Below are positions 9,169 through 22,739 of a stretch of 64,000 bases of DNA, in pieces. The stretch is from Candidatus Dormiibacterota bacterium. Lineage in GTDB: Bacteria > Chloroflexota > Dormibacteria > CF-121. The position numbers and the translations under genes are program-made. The notes below the pieces were generated by a model. That model made no database searches. It saw only the letters and a list, made by a program, of their open reading frames with translations, and was not told the origin of the DNA. The DNA lies in contig DAIPYJ010000001.1 in assembly GCA_036782775.1 (NCBI GenBank), forward strand, positions 115,404 to 179,403, written 5' to 3'. Position 1 is the stretch's first letter, and the number at the start of each line of letters is the position of its first letter.

Positions 9169-10533
9169 GTGAAGGAATCGCCCTACTGGAATCCCCGGCA
9201 CGAGACGATGCCGCGTGACCAGATCGAGGCACTGCAGCTGCGCAAGCTCAAGAACCTGCTGGCCTGGACGGAAGCAAAGGTGCCCTGGCAGGGGGAGCGC
9301 CTGCGGAAGGCCGGGGTCACGGCCGGCTCGATCAAGAGCCTGAAGGACTTGCGTCGCATCCCGATGATGACCAGGGACGAATGGATGCAGGCGCAGCTTG
9401 AGAAGCCGCCTTACGGGCCGCTGCTGGCCGCGCCGGAGGAGGTCGCCATCCGTTATCACCTGACCTCAGGAACGACGGGCCGTATTCCACTCCAGGTCCT
9501 GGACTCGATGAAGGACTGGGAATGGATCGCCGAGATGTGGTGCTATGGCTTCTGGGGTTTTGGCGTGCGGCCGGCCGATATCGTCTTCTTCGCCTTCAGT
9601 TACGGCACCTTCGTCGGCTTCTGGGGCGCGCACTATGCCAGTGAGAAGATCGGCTGCCTGGTATTGCCCGGCGGGAACATGACGACCGAAGCGCGCGTCA
9701 AGCAGATCATGACGATGAAGGCGACCGTCGTCTGCTCGACGCCGACCTACGCCTTGCGCATGGCACAGGAGGCGAAGACGATGGGCGTCGACCTCGCCAA
9801 GGGACCGGTCCAGCGCCTGATTCTTTCCGGCGAACCCGCCGGCTCGATTCCCGCCACCAAGCGGCTGATCGAGGAAGAATGGGGCGCGAAGGCCGCGGAC
9901 ACCGCCGGCATGACCGAGGTTGGCACCATCATGATCTTCGAGTGCGCCAAGCAGCCGGGAGGCACCCACATCATCGAGGACCACTACATCGAAGAAGTCG
10001 TCGATCCGGAGAACGGCGAGCCGGTGGGATACGGCGAGCTGGGCGAGCGGCTCATCACCTCCTTTGGGCGCGGCTTCATCCCGGTGCTGCGCTACCGCAC
10101 GCGCGACATGGTGGTCCGGGTCCCGGCCAACACCTGCACCTGCGGCCGCACCTTTGACCTCTACGAGGGTGGGATTCGAGGCCGCGTCGACGACATGAAG
10201 CTGGTGCGCGGCACGAACGTCTACCCGCGTGCGGTGGAGTCGATCGTCCGCGAGTTCAAGCAGATCGACGAATTTCGCATCCACCTCTTCACCGCGGATG
10301 GCCGCCAGGATGAGATCGAGGTGCTGGTCGAGATCCCCGCGAAGGAGGGCGGTGAAGCCGAACGGATCTGCGCCGCCCTGGCCAAGGAGCTCGCCCAGGC
10401 GCACGAAGGTCTCCGTTTTGGCGTCAAGAAGGTCGAGAACGGCAGCCTGCCGCGCTTCGAGCTCAAAGCCAAGCGGCTGCAGGACGATCGGATCGTGATC
10501 GGAACCGCCGGCGAGCGCAGGGTGACGGCATGA
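9169..10533 (+). CDS. phenylacetate-CoA ligase family (PaaK / F390 synthetase-like) adenylate-forming CoA ligase
   Basis: AAGGAGG SD then GTG at 9169. The product has PaaK-family features (TSGTTG, YGxTE...) and is about 454 aa. The first 25 codons of the track ORF are an upstream extension. Confidence 0.75.
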   Translation: MKESPYWNPRHETMPRDQIEALQLRKLKNLLAWTEAKVPWQGERLRKAGVTAGSIKSLKDLRRIPMMTRDEWMQAQLEKPPYGPLLAAPEEVAIRYHLTSGTTGRIPLQVLDSMKDWEWIAEMWCYGFWGFGVRPADIVFFAFSYGTFVGFWGAHYASEKIGCLVLPGGNMTTEARVKQIMTMKATVVCSTPTYALRMAQEAKTMGVDLAKGPVQRLILSGEPAGSIPATKRLIEEEWGAKAADTAGMTEVGTIMIFECAKQPGGTHIIEDHYIEEVVDPENGEPVGYGELGERLITSFGRGFIPVLRYRTRDMVVRVPANTCTCGRTFDLYEGGIRGRVDDMKLVRGTNVYPRAVESIVREFKQIDEFRIHLFTADGRQDEIEVLVEIPAKEGGEAERICAALAKELAQAHEGLRFGVKKVENGSLPRFELKAKRLQDDRIVIGTAGERRVTA

Positions 10534-10733
10534 AGAACGCGATGGGCACCGAGCTCAACCATTCGGAGCAAACGCTGGTCGAGTGCTACCAGTCTCTCGT
10601 CCGCGTCTTGAAGGAAAGCGACAGCCTGGCGCCCTTCGAGCGCCGAAACGCGCTCAAGGCCGTCGCCGCGCTCTGGCAGATCGTCAACGGGCTGGACCTC
10701 GACCCGGGCAACATCTACGACCTCGGCGCCTGA
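10530..10733 (+). CDS. small hypothetical protein (67 aa), translationally coupled to the PaaK-like gene
   Basis: ATGA overlap with the ligase stop. The composition is protein-like and not Arg/Gly-rich (MKNAMGTELNHSEQTLVECYQSLVRVLKE...). Confidence 0.4.
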   Translation: MKNAMGTELNHSEQTLVECYQSLVRVLKESDSLAPFERRNALKAVAALWQIVNGLDLDPGNIYDLGA

Positions 10734-10752
10734 CGACATCAACGGCGAGCGT

Positions 10753-11967
10753 TTGCTCGCCGACCTCGACGCCCTGGCGGCGATCGGCGGCCTGCCAAAC
10801 GGCGGGGTCGACCGGCTCGCCTGGTCACCAGCTGACGTCGCCGGGCGCGCCTGGTATGCCAGGCGAATCACGGAGGCTGGGCTCGAACTACGCCAGGACC
10901 CGGCCCTCAATGTCTTCGGTCACCGACCGGGCGCGCGCGGACCGTTTTTGCTGACGGGATCCCATCTCGACAGCGTGCCGAATGGTGGCCGGCTGGATGG
11001 CGCGTATGGCGCAGTCGCGTCACTGGAGGTTTTGCGCACGCTGGTTGAGCACGATGACCCCGCAGCCGACCGGGTTGAGATCGTCGGCTTCTCCGACGAG
11101 GAGGGCGTACGCTTCTCGATCGGCCTGCTGGGAAGCCTGGCCCTCTGTGGGGAACTCCCGCTGGACGCGCTGCGGCAGGCGAGTGATCTCGATGGATTGC
11201 CGATCGAGACCGTGCTCCGGCAAGGAGGGACGAGCGTGGACCGGCTCCCGGAGGCCGCTGAGCATTTGTCCGCAGTGGCGGCGTTTCTCGAACTGCACGT
11301 CGAGCAGGGACCGCGGATGGAGGCCGATGGTTTCGACCTGGCGGTTGTCACTGGGATCGTCGGCGTCTACCGCCAGCACGTGCGCATCGTCGGCGCCCAG
11401 AATCACGCCGGGACGACGCCTTTCCGTCTCAGGCGCGATGCCGGACAGGCTGCGGCCGCCGCAGCGGCAGGACTTCGCCCGCTGGTGCGAGGGATCAACG
11501 ACGAGGCCGTCGCCAACATCGGGGTGATGCGATTCGCTCCCGGCGGCGTCAATATCGTGCCCGGCCAGGCCGCCTTCATGCTCGAAGTTCGACATCCGGA
11601 CGAAGCCGTGGTCCGCAAAATTGTCGACACGTTCAATCGGCGCCTGAACCAGGTCTGCCAGGAAGAGGGCTGCCAGGCGACGGTCGAGCTCCTTTCCTGG
11701 GTTGCGCCCGCAGCCATGGAAGGCGCTCAGATGCAAACCATCGAAGCGGCCTGCCGCGACCTGGGCGTGACGCCGGCGCGGCTTTGGAGCGGCGCGGGGC
11801 ACGACGCCGCCGTCCTCTCGCGGCATGTCCCGACGGGGATGCTGTTCGTCCCGAGCATCGGGGGCATCAGCCACGCACCGCAGGAAGCGACCAGCGACGC
11901 CCACCTGGTTCTAGGAGCGCGTGCGCTCCTTCGCGCTGTTCGTCGGGCCGCGGCGCAGATAAAGTAG
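10753..11967 (+). CDS. M20-family Zn-dependent amidohydrolase (allantoate amidohydrolase / N-carbamoyl-L-amino-acid hydrolase family)
   Basis: The family N-terminus ERLLADLDALAAIGG is followed by the metal-binding region GSHLDSVPNGGRLDG. The first canonical start is the TTG at 10753. Confidence 0.7.
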   Translation: MLADLDALAAIGGLPNGGVDRLAWSPADVAGRAWYARRITEAGLELRQDPALNVFGHRPGARGPFLLTGSHLDSVPNGGRLDGAYGAVASLEVLRTLVEHDDPAADRVEIVGFSDEEGVRFSIGLLGSLALCGELPLDALRQASDLDGLPIETVLRQGGTSVDRLPEAAEHLSAVAAFLELHVEQGPRMEADGFDLAVVTGIVGVYRQHVRIVGAQNHAGTTPFRLRRDAGQAAAAAAAGLRPLVRGINDEAVANIGVMRFAPGGVNIVPGQAAFMLEVRHPDEAVVRKIVDTFNRRLNQVCQEEGCQATVELLSWVAPAAMEGAQMQTIEAACRDLGVTPARLWSGAGHDAAVLSRHVPTGMLFVPSIGGISHAPQEATSDAHLVLGARALLRAVRRAAAQIK

Positions 11968-11974
11968 GGCCGGG

Positions 11975-12856
11975 ATGGCGATGGAGGTGCTACTGCCCCG
12001 CTCTCTCGATGAGGCGCTGGCGATCAAGGCGGAACACCCGGAGGCCCTGCCGATTGCGGGTGGCACCGATGTGATGGTCGACATCAACTTCGGCCGGTTG
12101 CGACCTCCGGCACTAATGGACGTGAGTCGAGTGCCGGACCTCTCGACCGTCAAGCAAGAGAACAGCCATGTCTTTCTCGGATCGGGGGTCACCTATAACG
12201 CGATCGTCACCGGAATGACCGCTTTTCAGCCACTCGTACAGGCCTCCCGCTCGGTGGGCTCGCCGCAGATCCGCAATCGCGGCACGGTCGGCGGCAACGT
12301 CGGGACCGCCTCGCCGGCCGGCGATGCCCTTCCAGTGCTGGCTGCCTACGACGCCGAGATCATCGTGCGCAACCGCAGCGCCGAGCGCTCGCTGCCCTGG
12401 GACAGGTTCTTCGTCGGTCCCAAAAAGACCGCGCTGAAGCCGGACGAATTGATCCTTGGCGTCCGTTGGGCGCGGCGCCGCGGACCGGGAACGTTCTCGA
12501 AGATCGGTACGCGCAACGCCATGGTGATCGCGGTCGCCGGCCTCTGTCTGGTCATGGACGAAGACGCCCGCCGGGTGAAGGTCGCCCTCGGCTCTGTCGG
12601 GCCGACCATCATCCGCGCGGTCGAGGCAGAAAATCAGATCTCGGCCGCAATGGAGAGCGCCGGCGCGTGGAGGGACGTCTCGATCGGCCTGGCAGACGAT
12701 GTGATCGACGAATTCTCGAGGCTGGTGGCGTCCGCCGCCCGGCCCTTCGACGATGTTCGGGGGACCGCCGCCTACCGGCGACACGCCTGCTCCGTCCTGG
12801 CCCGACGAGCGCTGCGCTGGGCGATCAAGGATCGGGCGAGGCCGGCATGGTTGTAA
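11975..12856 (+). CDS. xanthine dehydrogenase family FAD-binding subunit (CoxM/XdhB-like)
   Basis: N-terminus MAMEVLLPRSLDEALAIKAEHPEALPIAGGTDVMV is the CO dehydrogenase flavoprotein / FAD-binding PCMH fold. Confidence 0.85.
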   Translation: MAMEVLLPRSLDEALAIKAEHPEALPIAGGTDVMVDINFGRLRPPALMDVSRVPDLSTVKQENSHVFLGSGVTYNAIVTGMTAFQPLVQASRSVGSPQIRNRGTVGGNVGTASPAGDALPVLAAYDAEIIVRNRSAERSLPWDRFFVGPKKTALKPDELILGVRWARRRGPGTFSKIGTRNAMVIAVAGLCLVMDEDARRVKVALGSVGPTIIRAVEAENQISAAMESAGAWRDVSIGLADDVIDEFSRLVASAARPFDDVRGTAAYRRHACSVLARRALRWAIKDRARPAWL

Positions 12857-13317
12857 GGACACGCGTCAACGGCGAGTGGCGGGAGGCCGACGTCTGGCCC
12901 GGGAGCAGCTTGCTCACCATGCTCCGGGACGGCATGGGACTGTATGGCTCGAAGAACGCCTGCGAGCAAGGAGAGTGCGGCTCGTGCTCGGTCTGGCTCG
13001 ACGGCGCGCTCGTCTGCAGCTGTTTGGTGCTGGCGGGACAGGCGCACGAGCGCGAGGTGCGAACCGTCGAGTCGCTCGACGACGGAAGCAGACTCGGCCT
13101 CGTCCAGCAGGCGTTCATCGATGCCGGAGGTGTGCAATGCGGCTTCTGCACGCCCGGGTTCATCGTCGCCGTTTCGGACCTGCTGCAACGCGATCCGAAT
13201 CCCAGCCAGGCAACCGTCCGCGAGGCGCTCAGCGGCAACCTTTGCCGCTGTACCGGCTATCAGAAAATCCTCGACGCCGTCAGCCTCGCGGCCAGCCGGA
13301 TGGAAACGCCCGCATGA
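12847..13317 (+). CDS. xanthine dehydrogenase family (2Fe-2S)-binding subunit (CoxS-like)
   Basis: Starts MVVRTRVNGEW... It has two Fe-S cysteine clusters (CEQGECGSCSV and CGFCTPGF...CRCTGY). The true start is the ATG at 12847, not the track's 12466. Confidence 0.85.
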   Translation: MVVRTRVNGEWREADVWPGSSLLTMLRDGMGLYGSKNACEQGECGSCSVWLDGALVCSCLVLAGQAHEREVRTVESLDDGSRLGLVQQAFIDAGGVQCGFCTPGFIVAVSDLLQRDPNPSQATVREALSGNLCRCTGYQKILDAVSLAASRMETPA

Positions 13318-14627
13318 TCCTGATCGACGGATGCCGCGTGGTTGCCACCATGGACGACGCCGGCACCGAGCTCGACAATGCCTCGATCCTCATCGACGGT
13401 GGCGTGATCCGCTGGGTCGGGCGGGGCAGGCCGCCGGTGAACGAGCCGCCCGATGTCCTGGATGGCGAGGGGCTGGTCGCGATCCCTGGCCTGGTGAACA
13501 CCCACCACCACCTCTATCAGACGCTAACGCGCGTGCATGCGCAGCAGGGGACGCTCTTCGAGTGGCTGGGCGAGCTCTATCCGATCTGGGCGACGATCGA
13601 CAGCGACTGGGAGCGGACCGCGGCCGAGATCGGTCTGGCCGAGCTGGCCTTGAGCGGCTGTTCGACCACCACCGATCACCATTATGTTTTTCCGTCTGGC
13701 GTGACGGGTCTACTGGAGACCGAGATCGAAGTCGCCGAGCAGGTCGGTTTGCGCTTTCATCCCTGCCGCGGCTCGATGGACCTGGGCGAATCGAAGGGCG
13801 GCCTCCCACCGGACCGCGTCGTCGAGGATCTCGACCGCGTCCTGAGTGCGACCGATGAGGCAATCGATCGCTTTCATGACGCAAAACCGGGCTCGATGCT
13901 GCGGATCGCCGTCGGTCCTTGCTCACCGTTTTCGGTGACGCCAGAACTCATGCGTGAGTCGGTGTCGCTCGCACGCCGGCGCGGCGTAGGCCTGCATACG
14001 CACATCGCCGAGACCCTCGACGAGGAAGGGTTTTGCCAGCAGAAATTCGGCAAGCGGCCGGTCCAATTGCTGGAGGACCTGGGATTCCTCGGTGATGACG
14101 TCTGGCTGGCGCACTGCGTTCACGTCGGCGCGGAAGATATCGCCGCGCTCGCCAGGTCGCACACCGGCGTGGCCTGGTGCCCAACCTCGAATCTGCGGCT
14201 CGGTTCTGGCTTTGCCCCGGCGCGCGAGCTGCTCGACGCGGGTGTTCGAGTCGGACTCGCCGTCGATGGATCCGCTTCCAATGACAGCGGCAACCTGCTC
14301 GCCGAAGCGCGCCAGGGCCTGCTGGTCACGCGCGGCCGCAAAGGGCCAGCGTCAATGACCGCGCGCGAGGCCCTACGGATCGCCACCCGCGGAGGCGCTG
14401 AGGTCCTCGGTCGAGATGACATTGGCTCGTTGCAAGCCGGTATGCGCGCCGACATCGCGCTCTTCGCCGTCGACGGCCTCGCCTACCGCGGCGCCGAGAG
14501 CGATCCGCTCGCATCGCTCATCTTTTGCAACCCCGGTCCCGTCCAGCATCTCTTCGTCGAGGGCAAGCCGGTGGTGCACGACGGCCACCTCGTGAATGTG
14601 AGCGAGGGGAGCCTGATCTGGGCATGA
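13314..14627 (+). CDS. amidohydrolase, guanine / 8-oxoguanine deaminase-like (TRZ/ATZ chlorohydrolase subfamily)
   Basis: ATGA overlap with the Fe-S subunit. The metal-binding motif GLVNTHHHLYQTL and HTHIAET place it in the deaminase subfamily. Its position inside the XDH operon fits purine catabolism. Confidence 0.7.
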   Translation: MILIDGCRVVATMDDAGTELDNASILIDGGVIRWVGRGRPPVNEPPDVLDGEGLVAIPGLVNTHHHLYQTLTRVHAQQGTLFEWLGELYPIWATIDSDWERTAAEIGLAELALSGCSTTTDHHYVFPSGVTGLLETEIEVAEQVGLRFHPCRGSMDLGESKGGLPPDRVVEDLDRVLSATDEAIDRFHDAKPGSMLRIAVGPCSPFSVTPELMRESVSLARRRGVGLHTHIAETLDEEGFCQQKFGKRPVQLLEDLGFLGDDVWLAHCVHVGAEDIAALARSHTGVAWCPTSNLRLGSGFAPARELLDAGVRVGLAVDGSASNDSGNLLAEARQGLLVTRGRKGPASMTAREALRIATRGGAEVLGRDDIGSLQAGMRADIALFAVDGLAYRGAESDPLASLIFCNPGPVQHLFVEGKPVVHDGHLVNVSEGSLIWA

Positions 14628-16819
14628 GCGTCCAAATTCGGCGGAAAGGCGGCGTCGGGCAATCGGTACCCCGCGTGGACGGCGTCCCCAAAGTCAAGGG
14701 CGAGTTCGAATACGCGAGCGACCTGCACCGCGATGACATGCTCTATGGCGCAACCCTGCGCAGCCCACATCCGCACGCCCGCATCCTCTCGCTGGATATC
14801 ACCCCTGCGTCCGAGATGCCGGGCGTACACGCGGTGCTGACCCATGAGGACGTGCCAGGCAAGAAGACCTTCGGGCTCGACGTCCAGGACCAGCCGGTGC
14901 TGGCGATTGACACCGTCCGTTATGCCGGCGAACCGGTCGCGATCGTCGCCGCCGAGGATCCCGAGCTGGCTCGCCAGGCGGCAAAGGCGATCAAGGTTCA
15001 GTACGAGGTTCTGCCGCCGGTCACGGACACGGAAGAGGCGCTCAAGAGCGACGCGCCCAAGGTGCATCCGCAAGGGAACGTGGTGCGGACCCTGCAGATC
15101 GTGCACGGCGACCCGAGTGCCCGGGCCGATGTGTGGGTCGAAGGTGTCTATGAGACGGGCATGCAGGACCAGGCCCCACTTGGTCCCGAAGCCGGGCTCG
15201 CCGCGCCGGCGGAGGACGGCGGCGTCGACCTCTATATCGCGACCCAGTGGCTGCACGCCGACCTCGAGCAGCTGGCACCCTGCCTCGCGATGCCGCCAGA
15301 AAAGGTCCGGCTCCACCTGTCAGGGGTTGGCGGCGCGTTTGGAGCACGTGAAGACGTCAGCATGCAGATCCACGCCTGCCTGCTCGCGCTGCGCACGAGG
15401 CGGCCGGTTCGCATGAGCTATGGAAGGCAGGAATCGTTTTTCGGTCACGTCCACCGCCATCCCTCGCGGATCTGGATGCGCCATGGTGCCCTTAAGGACG
15501 GGACGCTGGTCAACGTCCAGGCGCGGCTGCTCATCGATGGTGGCGCCTACACCTCGACCTCGCCGGCGGTGATCGGCAACGCGACAACCTTCGCCGCCGG
15601 GCCCTATGAAGTTCCGAACGCGCGGCTCTCCGGCACCGCCCTCTTCACCAACAATCCGCCCTGCGGCGCGATGCGCGGCTTCGGCGCCGTCCAGGCGTGC
15701 TTTGCCTATGAGGCGCAGATGGACAAGCTGGCCGCGGCGCTCAACCTCGATTCGCTAGAGCTCCGGATGAAGAACGCCTTGCATACGGGCTCGGTGTTTC
15801 CCACCGGCCAGCGGCTGGAGGGTGCAGCCCCGGTCCGCGAGTGCCTGCAGCGCCTGCGTGACATCCCGCTGCCGCCGGATGAATCGCCTCTCGACCGCGA
15901 TCCGATGCTGCTGCCGGGCGGTGCCGGCAATGTCGGTCACGGCGAGGACCTGGCCCGCGGCGTCGGCATCGCCGTCGGCTACAAAAACCTCGCCTACAGC
16001 GAGGGCTTCGACGACAGCTCGGAGGCATGGGTCCGCGTTTGGCCGGACCGGGACGGCCGTGGGGCGACGGCTGAGGTCAAGACGGCCGCGGTCGAGGTCG
16101 GACAGGGACTGGACACGATCGTGACTCAGATCGTCCAGACGGAGCTTGGCATCGAGCGCGTCCAGCTGTGTCAACCGGACACCATGATCGGCTCGGCCGG
16201 GTCGAGCTCCGCGTCGCGGCAGACGATGATGACGGGTGGCGCGGTGCAGCTCGCCTGCCAGGCGGTGCGCGAGGAGATTGACCAGCAGGGCGGAATCGGG
16301 CAGCTGAGACGTCCGGTGGAAGCGACGAGGGTGTTTCGGCATCGCGCGACCGGCAAGTTGGATGCCAACGGCCAGGGCAGTCCGCACGTGAGCTTCGCCT
16401 TCGGCGCCGCGCGGGCCGTGGTCGAGGTCGACCGTGCGCTCGGCCTGGTGCGCGTGGTTCAGCTCGCTGTGGCGCAAGACGTGGGACGGGCGATCAATCC
16501 GCAAAGTGTCACGGGCCAGATCGAGGGCGGAAGCGCGCAGGGCCTGGGCCTCGCGCTCATGGAAGAGGTGGCGCTGGTCGACGGCCAGGTAAAGAACGCC
16601 TCGTTTACGGACTACCTGATCCCGACGATTCTCGACATGCCGCCGGTCGTATCGGAACTGGTCGAAGAACCGGAGCCCGGCCTTCCCTACGGTGCCAAGG
16701 GCGTCGGCGAGCCATCGACCGTGGTGGTGCCCGCCGCGGTCGTCGCCGCCTTGCGTCATGCGACCGGGCGCGAGCTGCCGCGCGCGCCCGTCAAGCCGGA
16801 CGACCTGGTGGGTCTGTGA
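14624..16819 (+). CDS. xanthine dehydrogenase family molybdopterin-binding large subunit
   Basis: 731 aa from an ATG that overlaps the upstream stop. It contains GGAFGAR and GxGEP (YGAKGVGEP) signatures of the aldehyde oxidase / XDH Moco domain. Confidence 0.85.
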   Translation: MSVQIRRKGGVGQSVPRVDGVPKVKGEFEYASDLHRDDMLYGATLRSPHPHARILSLDITPASEMPGVHAVLTHEDVPGKKTFGLDVQDQPVLAIDTVRYAGEPVAIVAAEDPELARQAAKAIKVQYEVLPPVTDTEEALKSDAPKVHPQGNVVRTLQIVHGDPSARADVWVEGVYETGMQDQAPLGPEAGLAAPAEDGGVDLYIATQWLHADLEQLAPCLAMPPEKVRLHLSGVGGAFGAREDVSMQIHACLLALRTRRPVRMSYGRQESFFGHVHRHPSRIWMRHGALKDGTLVNVQARLLIDGGAYTSTSPAVIGNATTFAAGPYEVPNARLSGTALFTNNPPCGAMRGFGAVQACFAYEAQMDKLAAALNLDSLELRMKNALHTGSVFPTGQRLEGAAPVRECLQRLRDIPLPPDESPLDRDPMLLPGGAGNVGHGEDLARGVGIAVGYKNLAYSEGFDDSSEAWVRVWPDRDGRGATAEVKTAAVEVGQGLDTIVTQIVQTELGIERVQLCQPDTMIGSAGSSSASRQTMMTGGAVQLACQAVREEIDQQGGIGQLRRPVEATRVFRHRATGKLDANGQGSPHVSFAFGAARAVVEVDRALGLVRVVQLAVAQDVGRAINPQSVTGQIEGGSAQGLGLALMEEVALVDGQVKNASFTDYLIPTILDMPPVVSELVEEPEPGLPYGAKGVGEPSTVVVPAAVVAALRHATGRELPRAPVKPDDLVGL

Positions 16820-17124
16820 GCGAACTCGCGACCGTGTCGACGCACGTGCTGGACGTCGCCAGCGGCCGGCCCGCCGCGGGCGTTCGCGTCACGCTCGGAA
16901 CCCGAACGCTGACGACCGACGACAACGGGCGGATCGCCGACCTGAGCGGTGGTGGCATCAATCCCGGGACCTACCGAATGCTCTTCGAGGTTGGGACCTA
17001 TTTCGCGAACAGCGCCCATCTTTTTGAAACGGTCACCTTCGAGTTGAAACTGGCAGAGGGCCGCCATTACCACGTGCCGCTCTTGATCTCGCCCTTCTCG
17101 TGCTCGAGCTACCGCGGCACGTGA
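16816..17124 (+). CDS. 5-hydroxyisourate hydrolase (transthyretin-like)
   Basis: GTGA overlap with the upstream gene. It is 102 aa with an N-terminal STHVLD motif and a C-terminal YRGT (the canonical HIUase tetrapeptide is YRGS). Confidence 0.85.
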   Translation: MSELATVSTHVLDVASGRPAAGVRVTLGTRTLTTDDNGRIADLSGGGINPGTYRMLFEVGTYFANSAHLFETVTFELKLAEGRHYHVPLLISPFSCSSYRGT

Positions 17125-17540
17125 TCTCGATCGAAGAGGCGCTCGAAGGGTCGACGCCGCTTGCGGTAAAAGTCCGCGCGCTCGGCCCGTTTGAATCCGG
17201 CAAGGCATTGATCGAGACCATGCGCGAGGTTGCGGGAACCCTGAGCGATCCCGAGAAGGTGGCTACCCTGAACGCCCATCCCCGAATCGGCGAGCGGGTC
17301 TCGCAGATGTCAGCCCGGTCGCGCAGCGAGCAGGGCGACGAGTCGGCGCCTGAGTTGGATGAGCTCAATGCCGACTACGAGCGGCGCTTCGGCTTTCGTT
17401 TCGTAACCTTCGTCAACCGGCGTCCCAAGTCGGCGATCGTGCCCGAGCTTCGCGAACGGCTCACGCGCTCGCGGCAGGAGGAACTCAACGCCGGACTGCG
17501 AGCCGTGATCGACATCGCCGAGGACCGGCTGCGCCGATGA
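17121..17540 (+). CDS. OHCU decarboxylase (2-oxo-4-hydroxy-4-carboxy-5-ureidoimidazoline decarboxylase)
   Basis: Carries NAHPRIG and RFGFRFV motifs. A GTG at 17121 overlaps the HIUase stop (GTGA). An ATG at 17100 is the alternative start. Confidence 0.8.
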   Translation: MISIEEALEGSTPLAVKVRALGPFESGKALIETMREVAGTLSDPEKVATLNAHPRIGERVSQMSARSRSEQGDESAPELDELNADYERRFGFRFVTFVNRRPKSAIVPELRERLTRSRQEELNAGLRAVIDIAEDRLRR

Positions 17541-18356
17541 CAGCGTCGATCCAGTACGGCAAGCACAATGTCTCCTTCTATCGAACCCATCCCAGCCGTG
17601 GCCTTCTCGGCGGCCGGGTCAGCATCGACGTCTTCGGCGACAACTTCATGCCGGCCTATACCGAGGGCGACAACCGCGAGGTGGTCGCGACCGACACCAT
17701 GAAGAATTTCGTCTATGCCATGGCGCTCGAGTATGAGGGGGCGAGTCATGAGGGCTTCACCGCCTTCCTCGGGCGGCGTTTCCTGGAGACGTATCCGCAG
17801 ATGCAGTGGCTGCGCCTGGTCACGACGGAGACGCCGTTCGCCAGGCACAGCGATAAACTGCTGAGCCCGCTCGAGGACGACTACGGCATCGTGGAACTCG
17901 AGATCGGTCGCAATGGCGTCCGGGCGCTTCGCTGCGGGCGACGCGACTTGCGCCTGGTCAAGCTGACGGGGAGCGCCTTCAGGGACTTCGCCCGCGACCG
18001 GTACACGACTCTCCCGGAGGTCAGCGACCGACCGCTCTTCATCTATCTGGACGCCTATTGGCGCTACGGTCGCATCGACGATGCCGTCGCCGACGGGCCC
18101 GCTCGCGTCTCCTCGGAATCGGTTCGAGAATCGGTGATCGCTACCTTCGATGAGTTCGTGAGCATGTCGATCCAGCACCTGGTCTATGAGATGGGGCGGC
18201 GGCTCTTGGAGGAGTTTGGCGCGCTTTCCGAAGTCAGTTTCGAGGCGCAGAACCGGCTCTGGGACACGTCGAAGGTGTCCGAGGCCGAGCCGAAGACGCG
18301 CGTCTTCAGCGACCCCAAGCCGGCGCACGGCAACATCGGGCTTACCCTAAGGCGCG

Positions 18357-18364
<8 letters not shown>
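17537..18364 (+). CDS. factor-independent urate oxidase (uricase)
   Basis: ATGA overlap with the upstream gene. N-terminus QYGKHNVSFYRTH is followed by a tunnelling-fold repeat, about 275 aa. It sits in the HIUase/OHCU context. Confidence 0.75.
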
Positions 18365-21866
<3,502 letters not shown>

Positions 21867-21870
21867 GGCG

Positions 21871-22710
21871 CTAGTGAATCACGTCGCCCAGGCGCTCGAG
21901 TTGCTCGATCTGGGGGACCGTCGGGAAGAGGATGAGCTCATCGCAACCGGCGTCCTCATATCCACGGATGAAGTCGACGATCGCACCGGGCGAGGTCAGA
22001 TTTCCGGCAGCGATCTTCTCGGCGAACGGTCCGGTGAAGGCGTAGTAATGGCGAAGATATTCGGCGCCCGGCTGGGCCACGCCCTCACCGAGCGCGAAGT
22101 AGCCCATTCCCCACAGCGCGGGCACGCCCGGCCGACCCATGTCCGTCCATGCCGCCTTCGCCCGGGCGACGGCGCCAGCGAACGCGCGCGCCGGTCCCCC
22201 TCCGTGTACGTAGCCGTCGGCATAGCGCGCCATGCGAGCTAACGCCTCACCGCTCGAGCCGCCGACCAGGATCTGGGGACCGCGACCGCTGACGCGAGGA
22301 CCCACCTTGCCGTCTTCCCAAACGTCTCGGATCTCCTCGAGCTGCTCGGCGAAGCGTCGCCCACGGCCGCGCGCCTCGAGCCGTGAGACCTCGTAATCCT
22401 CCCCGCGCGCGCCGACCGCGAGGCCAAGGGTGAATCGGCCGGGCGCGAGCGCATCAAGCGAGGCGGCTTGCTTAGCGAGCAAGACCGTGTTTCGCAGCGG
22501 CGCGATCACGATCATGGTGGCCAGCCGGATCCGTTTCGTCACCGCCGCCGCGGCGGCCAGCGCCACAAACGGCTCATAGTTTTGATACGCGACTCGGTCG
22601 AGGCAACCGAGACAGTCGAACGGGCCGCCATCCGCTCGTCTCGCCCACTCCGTCAGCTGCTCGCCGCTAAGGCCGCTCATGGTGGTGGGCAGGCCGACGC
22701 CAATTTTCAT
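21871..22710 (-). CDS. luciferase-like monooxygenase (LLM) class F420-dependent oxidoreductase
   Basis: ATG at 22710 gives MKIGVGLPTT..., an LLM TIM-barrel of about 280 aa. Confidence 0.7.
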   Translation of the reverse strand: MKIGVGLPTTMSGLSGEQLTEWARRADGGPFDCLGCLDRVAYQNYEPFVALAAAAAVTKRIRLATMIVIAPLRNTVLLAKQAASLDALAPGRFTLGLAVGARGEDYEVSRLEARGRGRRFAEQLEEIRDVWEDGKVGPRVSGRGPQILVGGSSGEALARMARYADGYVHGGGPARAFAGAVARAKAAWTDMGRPGVPALWGMGYFALGEGVAQPGAEYLRHYYAFTGPFAEKIAAGNLTSPGAIVDFIRGYEDAGCDELILFPTVPQIEQLERLGDVIH

Positions 22711-22739
22711 GCGCTCGTCGGGATGATAAGTTTTTGCCG

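Noticed and set aside
9466-10404. 312-aa minus-strand ORF inside the PaaK-like gene
   Set aside because: Shadow ORF opposite a confidently assigned CDS.
12753-14627. 624-aa ORF extending the amidohydrolase far upstream
   Set aside because: The N-terminal ~190 aa is Arg-rich junk overlapping the FAD and Fe-S subunit genes. The true start is the ATG at 13314, coupled to the Fe-S subunit stop.
15755-16759. 334-aa minus-strand ORF inside the XDH large subunit gene
   Set aside because: Shadow ORF. Arg/His/Gly-rich and antisense to a confidently assigned CDS.
17375-18328. 317-aa minus-strand ORF opposite the uricase gene
   Set aside because: Shadow ORF opposite a confidently assigned CDS.
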